This document shows, piece by piece, positions 57,150 through 64,000 of a stretch of 64,000 nucleotides of DNA. The stretch is from the NCBI GenBank assembly GCA_964485795.1, contig CAZAJQ010000002.1, positions 65,043-129,042 of the forward strand, given 5' to 3'. Position 1 is the first letter of the stretch. Each line of letters begins with the position of its first letter. Source of the stretch: an uncultured Gammaproteobacteria bacterium (GTDB lineage Bacteria > Patescibacteriota > Patescibacteriia > VMEV01 > CAZAJQ01). The notes under the pieces are model-generated. The model was not told the DNA's origin, searched no databases, and worked only from the letters and a program-made list of their open reading frames with translations. A program made the position numbers and the translations under genes.

Positions 57150-58087
57150 ACTCGCTGTTTTTTTATTTGAAGAAAAAGATTTTGTAAAAGAAGGGGCTCG
57201 GACAAAGGGATCTTTTCCATTTTCCGTCTCCACTCCAAAATCCAATCGGCGATCATTTTATGAGAAAGGAGTCTCTGTTGTTTTTCAGAAGCATCCTCAC
57301 CCTGATCGCTCTCCAGAAATGATTTTCTCACGCGATGCAAAACAAAATCCATAACTTCAGAAATATCGTGATGCTTGATGATGTCCTGCTCATTGTCCAT
57401 ACTCCCCCGATCGAGAATATCGGAAACCAATTTCCAAAGCTTCAGAGCGTGTTCAAAATCATCCCTGTTTTCCGCATATCGTTTTGCACAACCGAGCTTT
57501 CCAAACGTAAGCTCCGCAATGTTTTTTGCTTCATCATCGGAACAGGACAAGTCTTTCAAAAAATCAAAGATTTCGACATCGGATGCGATCGAAACCGAAT
57601 ACTTTTGAGTTCGAGAAAGCATGGTGGGAAGCACGTTCGAAAGGTTGCTCGATGTCATCAAAAAAATCGTGCCGGGAGGCGGTTCTTCCAGAAGTTTTAA
57701 AAGTGCATTGCCCGCTTCAAGGGAAAGATGCTCGATGTTTTTCAGTATAGCAATTTTATACGAACCGAGAAACGATTTTTGATACAGGGTTTCCTTCAGT
57801 TGCCGTATGCGTTCGATGGGAATAAAAAATTTTTCCGATTCTTTTTCCAAAAAATAAACATCCGAATGAATCCCTTTTTCCATCTGCGAGCAATGTAAAC
57901 ATCGACCGCAAGGAACAAAAGCCTTTCCATCGGGTTTTTCGCACAGGATCATCTGGCAAAAACACCGCATCAGAGTCGATTTGCCGACATGCGAAGGGCC
58001 GGAAATCAACGTGGCGTGATGGATTCGCCGTAAACGCAATGCGAGTCGAAAAATATTTTTTTGCGTCTCATGACCGAAAACTTTCAT
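57146..58087 (-). CDS. holB: DNA polymerase III delta' subunit
   Basis: GPSHVGKST, PCGRCLHC, HSDV, NALLKLLEEPP, LPTMLSR. Confidence 0.88.
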   Translation of the reverse strand: MKVFGHETQKNIFRLALRLRRIHHATLISGPSHVGKSTLMRCFCQMILCEKPDGKAFVPCGRCLHCSQMEKGIHSDVYFLEKESEKFFIPIERIRQLKETLYQKSFLGSYKIAILKNIEHLSLEAGNALLKLLEEPPPGTIFLMTSSNLSNVLPTMLSRTQKYSVSIASDVEIFDFLKDLSCSDDEAKNIAELTFGKLGCAKRYAENRDDFEHALKLWKLVSDILDRGSMDNEQDIIKHHDISEVMDFVLHRVRKSFLESDQGEDASEKQQRLLSHKMIADWILEWRRKMEKIPLSEPLLLQNLFLQIKKQRV

Positions 58088-58168
58088 AGTTTTAAAAAAG
58101 ATTCCCCGCTCAAGAAATCAACGGATAGACATCATGGAGTTATCCTGAATTTTACATCATGCCGTGCT

Positions 58169-59176
58169 CTACCGTGTCGCAAGGAGACTTCTTTTGTACG
58201 ACTCGAGATTTTCAAGGGCAACACCCGTGCCTTTTGCCACGCAAAGCAAGGCTTCATCGGCAACATACGCGCTGATTCCCGTGGCGCGGGTCAATAATTT
58301 ATCGATGTTGCGCAGCAAGCTGCTGCCTCCCGAAAGTATCATGCCTTTTTCGATGACATCGGCGGCCAATTCCGGAGGCGTCTTATGAAGCACGTCTTTT
58401 GCGGCGATAATAATGCCCTCAAGCTCGTTTTGAATGGCATCCGTCACATCGTCGGAACTCACCACAATGCTTTTCGGCAAACCCGAAAGCATGTCTCTTC
58501 CTCGAACTTTCATACTCAATTTGTCATCAATATAGAGAGCCGATCCGATCTGAATCTTCATCTGCTCGGAAGTGCGCTCACCGATGGCAAGTCCGTATTT
58601 CTTACGAATATGCTCGGAAATGGCCTGATCAAGCTTATTGCCTCCGATGCGAACCGAGGTGCTTGCCACGATCCCGCCCAGGGAAATGACCGCCATTTCC
58701 GATGTTCCTCCTCCGATATCGATGATCATATGACCGGATGCGCTTCCGATGGGAATATTGGCTCCGATCGCGGCGGCAATGGGTTCTTTGATGATATAGG
58801 CCGCCTTCGCTCCGGCGGCGATCGTGGCGTCAATGACGGCACGTCGCTCGGTAGAAGTGATGCCGGCGGGTACGGCCACCATAACCTCGGGACGAAAAAA
58901 ACGTATGCCTCCCAAGGCTTTATTGATAAAATAGCGCAGCATGGCTTCCGTGGTCTTGTAATCGGCAATCACGCCCTCTTTGAGAGGACGTGAAGCGATG
59001 ATGGTTTCCGGTGTTCGTCCAAGCATTTCCTTGGCTTCGAATCCGACGGCCATGACTTTTTTATCTCTTGTCGAAATGGCCACCACCGAGGGTTCATTGA
59101 TCACAATGCCCTTTTTGGGTACGTGCACGAGCACATTGGTCGTGCCCAAATCAATGCCGATTTTGCGAATAAACAT
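58169..59176 (-). CDS. mreB: Rod shape-determining protein MreB
   Basis: GIDLGTTN, NEPSVVA, EPIAAAIGA, DIGGGTSE, TPPELAAD. Confidence 0.97.
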   Translation of the reverse strand: MFIRKIGIDLGTTNVLVHVPKKGIVINEPSVVAISTRDKKVMAVGFEAKEMLGRTPETIIASRPLKEGVIADYKTTEAMLRYFINKALGGIRFFRPEVMVAVPAGITSTERRAVIDATIAAGAKAAYIIKEPIAAAIGANIPIGSASGHMIIDIGGGTSEMAVISLGGIVASTSVRIGGNKLDQAISEHIRKKYGLAIGERTSEQMKIQIGSALYIDDKLSMKVRGRDMLSGLPKSIVVSSDDVTDAIQNELEGIIIAAKDVLHKTPPELAADVIEKGMILSGGSSLLRNIDKLLTRATGISAYVADEALLCVAKGTGVALENLESYKRSLLATR

Positions 59177-59194
59177 GGTAAATGCGGATACGCT

Positions 59195-61099
59195 TTACTC
59201 AGCGAAAAATATCTCCACGCGCTTATCTTCACGCAAAGCACTGGAAACTTTCAAGGCCGTTTCGCCATCGAGCTTTCCATCAAGCTCGGATGAGAAGGAT
59301 TCGATTTTTTCTCCAAAATCCGCGGATAATGAAATCGTCGGATTCGTACCCGGCTGTTTCTGAACCATGAGTTCATAATGATTTTCACGAAGCGACGTTT
59401 CTATCGTTTCCGGTAGCACATATTCAAATTTCAAAACTCCCGTCTTACCCGGCTCAATGGAAATGAATCCGCCAAAATACGTCTTGCCAAATTCATCGGC
59501 CACCGTCACTTCGCCGGCCGCATCGCTTCTATCCGTATCCATCACTCCTTTTGAGGAAATCAGCTTGGCTCCCTTTGGCACATACACCCTCGTATAGGTG
59601 CGGTAGCGCGTGATACGCGGGTCAAAATTGCCGGTATGCGTATAAGTGATTTCGACTGACGCCACGAACTTCCCTTCTTGCTTCGCAACTTTGTATAGAA
59701 TGTCTCTCTTGATGACCGGATCGGTTTTCAAACTGCCGAGGTTGGCGTCAACGACCATGAGATAATCCCCATCCTGCGTATCAATGGTACCACCTCCCCA
59801 ATACTTCACGATATGCGCCTGATAGATTTCGTTGCGATGGAACATAAGAATGTCCTTTTCTTTCAAAGAAGTCTTCACCGCCGCCCAAATATCCGCAAGC
59901 TTCCCCAAAGGAAGATTTTGGATTCTCTTGATCATTTCGATAGCAATATCATTGATGATTTGTTTTCTCTCATCGTCGCTGGGACCGATTTCGCTGGGTT
60001 CCCTGCGATATTCGAGCAAGTCGACGAAGTTTTCCGGCGTATACACGATATTTTTCACAGTAACGTTTCCCACCACATTCATCACTCGCGCCACCGATGC
60101 GGGCATCACGGCAATCACCCCGTCAAACTGCAAATCACCACCCTCTTTGCGATAAAAATCCAATGCGCGATTGGCCGATGCCGGAAAATGCGGATCCCAA
60201 TTGGAGTCTCTCAGGTACCAATACGGGATGTCCAGATACCTCGCAAGAGGTGCCGGAGGGGTTTCCTGAAAGAAGTCTTTGGACGGAATATCCAGAGAAT
60301 AGATATTTTCCGTCTGAATATGCTCCACTTCTCCGGAATCAACGCGTACGATGCCGTAATTGCCGATAAAGCCTCCGGTGGGTCGAAGCTCATCGCTGTT
60401 TTGCAGGAGAAGAAGATAATTCTGCGAAACCGGATAACCGGATATGAAAGGAAACAACGTCGAAAAATCATAGGCTTCGGAGACGTATTGATGCGCTTTC
60501 TGCAATCCCGCGGTGAATTTGTTCGCTAGATTGCGAATTTCCGTATGAACTTTGGGATTTTGATCGATCTCGATGATGGCCACCTGCAATCGCTCGATGG
60601 AATCGTTGAGCTCGCCGATCAATGGAATGGATTCGGAAATTTTTCCCAAGATAAATCTCTTTTGATCCTTATCAAGCTCGGATACCGATATGGATCCTTT
60701 GTTCGTCGCTTCATAAATCTCGTCGAATTTCACCAAAAATTTATCGCCGGTGGACATGATCGAAAGCCCGTGCTTGAAAACCGAAGCAACGGCTTTGTAC
60801 TGCGCATTGTAAAAAGGAAGCAGACGAAAAATGAAGGTCATTTTCAGAGACCAATAGGCGCGTTTGAATTTCTTTTCCGCAGATCGAATATGTTCCGCGG
60901 CGGTTAAAAAATTATTTTTTTCCGAAAGCTCGGCTTTTGCGGCCGTAAGGTAATCGCGACCGTCATTGGTGAAATCATAGGTCAATTTCATCCCTATCAT
61001 TCCCAAAAATATGCAAAATACCAAGATGATCAAAATCACTGTGGTAAGCCTGTTGATGTCCTTCAACGAATAAAAAAATTTTTTGAGCGTGATAAGCAT
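59195..61099 (-). CDS. DUF4012-domain membrane-anchored protein
   Basis: YLLLLQNSDELRPTGGFIG, RDSNWDPHFP, DGVIA, VVDANLGSLKTD, YTRVYVP, QKQPG. Confidence 0.85.
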   Translation of the reverse strand: MLITLKKFFYSLKDINRLTTVILIILVFCIFLGMIGMKLTYDFTNDGRDYLTAAKAELSEKNNFLTAAEHIRSAEKKFKRAYWSLKMTFIFRLLPFYNAQYKAVASVFKHGLSIMSTGDKFLVKFDEIYEATNKGSISVSELDKDQKRFILGKISESIPLIGELNDSIERLQVAIIEIDQNPKVHTEIRNLANKFTAGLQKAHQYVSEAYDFSTLFPFISGYPVSQNYLLLLQNSDELRPTGGFIGNYGIVRVDSGEVEHIQTENIYSLDIPSKDFFQETPPAPLARYLDIPYWYLRDSNWDPHFPASANRALDFYRKEGGDLQFDGVIAVMPASVARVMNVVGNVTVKNIVYTPENFVDLLEYRREPSEIGPSDDERKQIINDIAIEMIKRIQNLPLGKLADIWAAVKTSLKEKDILMFHRNEIYQAHIVKYWGGGTIDTQDGDYLMVVDANLGSLKTDPVIKRDILYKVAKQEGKFVASVEITYTHTGNFDPRITRYRTYTRVYVPKGAKLISSKGVMDTDRSDAAGEVTVADEFGKTYFGGFISIEPGKTGVLKFEYVLPETIETSLRENHYELMVQKQPGTNPTISLSADFGEKIESFSSELDGKLDGETALKVSSALREDKRVEIFFAE

Positions 61100-61262
61100 A
61101 GGTATTGAAAAATGGTTATGAAATGTTTTTTTATAAAAAACCGAATTGGAGCCCTAAAATTAGCCTAAAATCTTTAAAAAGTCAAGGGACGTCACCGCTT
61201 TGCGTCGTGAAAAATCACCATGCGGTTCCATGCGAAATTGACGCTTATGCTTGCGAAATTTT

Positions 61263-62741
61263 TTATTTTCTTCCTCGGCTTTTCTCAGTCACCCAGAAGC
61301 CGAGATATTTTCCAAGCATGAGTCTGGTCTGCGATTCAATGGCAGGAATGGCTCCAAAAAGGATGAATGTAACCGGCAATAAAAACCACTGCAGGATCAT
61401 GGTGATGATCTTATGGTGGGGTTGGCCCATTGGCTTTGGAAGGAGGAGGAAAAGACTGATGCCGGCCGATGCGAAAATACCGATCATGGAGGCGCTCATA
61501 AGCCACTGAAGAACATAGGGCGCCGCCTGAGCCAATGCCGTCGCTTTCAACTCCGCGGGCGCAACGTAGAGCGGCAGATATCCAAGCAAAAAAAGCAAAA
61601 TTGGAGCTGTGGCCCATGTGTACATGCCTTCAACATGATTGAAAAGATACTTGATCTTCAAGCGAAACGGAATGGTGTTTGGCGTGAAAAAAAACTTTTC
61701 CATCATATAGGGAAAATGTTCCACGCCCCATGCCCAGCGTCTCTGCTGTTTATACAGATTTATCGCGGCTCGCAAAAGCGTGGGAGCCGTCACCGTATCC
61801 ATGGAAACCGGTATAAAAAGCGGGGTGACGGTATAGTCACCCTGATAACGGACAAAGCATTGCAAAAAAATCCTGCTGTCGTCCGTAACCTTGTCCTTTT
61901 CCCAAAATCCCACGTCAACCAAGGCTTTGAAAGGCATTGAATGCGACGAAAAAGTGAAAAGACGATCCGGCCTCGCCAGCTCTGTAAAAAGCCAAAATGT
62001 GGTGCCAAACGCTGAAATGCGCGTCACCATCGGAGCGTCCCAAATATTGTTGTTGTACAGCACCGCGGGCTGATACGAGGTGCGCAAACGATCCGGGTGA
62101 GACAAAAACGTCTGCGTCAAATGTGCGAAGTATTGCGGATGCACGACGGTATCCACGTCAAAATACGAAACGATGATATTTTCATAGGGTATCTTGATAT
62201 CGTCAATGTACTCCTGAGCCCTATGCCCCGCCCAATTCGCGTTGGCTCCCTTGGCTTTGATTTCTCCCCTAAGGTTATCGGGGTGCAGAGTGATAAGAAT
62301 ATGCGCGAATTTTGATGCGTATTTTTTTGAAATGGCTTTGGAAACTTTTGCAAAATGCTCCTTGGATCGCTCCTCCCCGGCCAGAACGACGATCATATGC
62401 TCTTTGGGATACTTCGAAGCCAGGAGCGCTTCAAAGGTCTCTTCCACCACTTCATAGGGCTCTTGATACATGGGAAGGAAAATGAGGTGACGTATCTCTC
62501 GCCAATCCGCGTTTGCGCGCAGCTTTTGATACCAATCCACCTGTAACGCTCTACGATAGGCGATCCAACCGTGAAAAACGAAAATGACGAAATACAAAAC
62601 GCGCAAAAGCCATAACAGCGAAAAAATGATGATAAAATAAATCACCCACAAAGGGGCGATAAATGAAAAAAGTATGGAGCATACAAAGGTAGTCCATACC
62701 AAAAAACCGGGAATGATTTCAAAAATTCTGTAGCGATACAT
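61263..62741 (-). CDS. GT2 family membrane glycosyltransferase
   Basis: KGAN, FDVDT, TDD, QQRRWAWG (QxxRW); N- and C-terminal TM segments. Confidence 0.88.
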   Translation of the reverse strand: MYRYRIFEIIPGFLVWTTFVCSILFSFIAPLWVIYFIIIFSLLWLLRVLYFVIFVFHGWIAYRRALQVDWYQKLRANADWREIRHLIFLPMYQEPYEVVEETFEALLASKYPKEHMIVVLAGEERSKEHFAKVSKAISKKYASKFAHILITLHPDNLRGEIKAKGANANWAGHRAQEYIDDIKIPYENIIVSYFDVDTVVHPQYFAHLTQTFLSHPDRLRTSYQPAVLYNNNIWDAPMVTRISAFGTTFWLFTELARPDRLFTFSSHSMPFKALVDVGFWEKDKVTDDSRIFLQCFVRYQGDYTVTPLFIPVSMDTVTAPTLLRAAINLYKQQRRWAWGVEHFPYMMEKFFFTPNTIPFRLKIKYLFNHVEGMYTWATAPILLFLLGYLPLYVAPAELKATALAQAAPYVLQWLMSASMIGIFASAGISLFLLLPKPMGQPHHKIITMILQWFLLPVTFILFGAIPAIESQTRLMLGKYLGFWVTEKSRGRK

Positions 62742-62883
62742 GGGAATACAATTTCAAATATTCAGAGGGAATCAAACAAAACAGCCAAGAAGATGAAACG
62801 ACCCTTTCGTCAAATAGTATAGCAGGAATTCATTCCGCAAAAAATAAAAATTTCCACGGCTTGGGCCGGGATGTCTCGAATAT

Positions 62884-62919
62884 AAAAAAATCCCCCGCAT
62901 GACGAAGAGGAATTTTTTT
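62884..62919. terminator. Probable terminator
   Basis: AAAAAAATCCCC…GAGGAATTTTTTT imperfect stem. Confidence 0.45.
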
Positions 62920-62925
62920 CCTGAC

Positions 62926-63624
62926 CTATTTACCATGTTCTGAAATGTCTTTTTTCAAAAGTTCCATCACCTCCTTGGCATGTTCTCTGCCTCCGAGACC
63001 GAATGCCAATCCAGCGGCCAATGCGACCATGGCGATAAACCCCGTGTACAGCGTCGCGATAAAATGCTGGGCGATATCCAGCTGCACCAGTGCCGCCATC
63101 GCCGCAAAAACCACCACCGCCCACTTTGCCAATCCGGCCAAAAGTTTTGCGGATCGCAATTCGGCCGCGCTCACCGATTTGTAGACGATTTGGAACATGA
63201 AATTGCCCAAAAGTATCCCGGCGAGCAAAATAATAACCGCGATGAATACATTGGCGATGAAATCCACTATGCTGCTGAGAAATTCATTGATCTGTTGCCA
63301 CTGCAATATGTCCGCCGAAGCCACCAAAAAAACGATGACGAGAAGCCACTTCGCAATCCATCCGAGCAATATCGCGACATTGAGCTTTATTCCGGCCTTG
63401 ATGAAACTTTCTTTGAGCCCGACATTTTCGATGAGCTCATCGATCTTCAAGGCTTCAACGATCTTTTTGATAAAATTCCCCACGAATCCCGCGATAAACC
63501 AACCGATGACAAAGATAATCACCGCCCCCAAAAAATTCGGCAAAAACTTAATGAAGGCAAGCCAAATTTCCTGAAATGACGATGTCAGAACTATTGCCCA
63601 AGCTTCAAGAATTCCTGTTTCCAT
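62926..63624 (-). CDS. TM-helix repeat membrane protein (CmpX/MscS N-terminal-like)
   Basis: FLPNFLGAVIIFVIGW, FIANVFIAVIIL, GLAFGLGGRE; strong SD AAGGAGGTG before ATG 63624. Confidence 0.85.
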   Translation of the reverse strand: METGILEAWAIVLTSSFQEIWLAFIKFLPNFLGAVIIFVIGWFIAGFVGNFIKKIVEALKIDELIENVGLKESFIKAGIKLNVAILLGWIAKWLLVIVFLVASADILQWQQINEFLSSIVDFIANVFIAVIILLAGILLGNFMFQIVYKSVSAAELRSAKLLAGLAKWAVVVFAAMAALVQLDIAQHFIATLYTGFIAMVALAAGLAFGLGGREHAKEVMELLKKDISEHGK

Positions 63625-63763
63625 ACGGTTCACCTCCTTTCAATAAGGAATCAATTACCCATCCATGATAGCAGAGAAGGAAAAATACGCAAATGACGTT
63701 TTTTCCGTCATGATTGAAAAGAAAAAAGCGTTCTCCTTTGAACGCCTTTTAAGATTCCCAAAC

Positions 63764-64000
63764 TTACAAAAAAAGTGCGGCATGTCGCTCTCCGATCTGC
63801 TCTCCGAGACGAATGGTCGCCTCCACCTTTTTTGGATCCCTCTCAAAGGTATCGGCGGCCGGCATCTCTTGCGGCGCGATCACGGATATCTGATGTTTTG
63901 CGATAAACTCCCAAGTCTCGCGCTGATAATCCGGATGCTTGCGAAACACAAACCAAAGCTTGGGGAACATGACAAACGCAAGAAGCTGCATCCATACGCT
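63764..64000 (-). CDS. C-terminal fragment of a gene, possibly patatin-family (DUF6363-like)
   Basis: Open to the window edge; VIAP…FERDPKKVEATIRLGEQIG resembles patatin C-terminal domains (inference). Confidence 0.4.
   Translation of the reverse strand, partial: SVWMQLLAFVMFPKLWFVFRKHPDYQRETWEFIAKHQISVIAPQEMPAADTFERDPKKVEATIRLGEQIGERHAALFL

Noticed and set aside
1-64000. tRNA, rRNA, CRISPR, IS elements, prophage and alternative genetic code
   Set aside because: None was recognised by eye (tRNAscan and Infernal were not run). TGA terminates conserved genes such as lepA, murC and infA, which argues against code 25.

Overview
Chromosomal segment of a reduced-genome bacterium, most likely Patescibacteria (CPR). 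This is inferred from the DUF4012, PEGA and CPR-type GT2 genes, the short AlaRS and EF-Ts, an RpoA with no alpha-CTD, and core genes that mostly lack Shine-Dalgarno sites. TGA is used as a stop, so the genetic code is standard. Most genes are minus-strand housekeeping genes: secD, pyrG, ctpA, murA, rml sugar genes, gap-ldh-eno, rpsB-tsf, secA, a partial dcw cluster, iscS, alaS, mnmA, rnhA, recJ, lepA, a polysaccharide locus, the infA-to-rpsI operon, rseP-frr, holB and mreB. An AT-richer accessory island lies between alaS and mnmA (about 32.2-37.6 kb). It carries a radical SAM/SPASM enzyme followed by an unannotated 54-aa six-cysteine peptide (…CSGKCGDNACNCNCNCRK), a candidate new RiPP system and the best find in the window. 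The island also has a glycoside-hydrolase-like lipoprotein with a structured leader and an HExxH protein ending in an outer-membrane beta-signal. Other oddities are an AT-hook-like tail in place of the RpoA CTD, an ACP-like protein lacking its phosphopantetheine serine next to a possible tandem-HD protein, a SecD with inserted parvulin PPIase domains, and a probable CTG start for ftsW. No rRNA, tRNA, CRISPR array or transposase was recognised.
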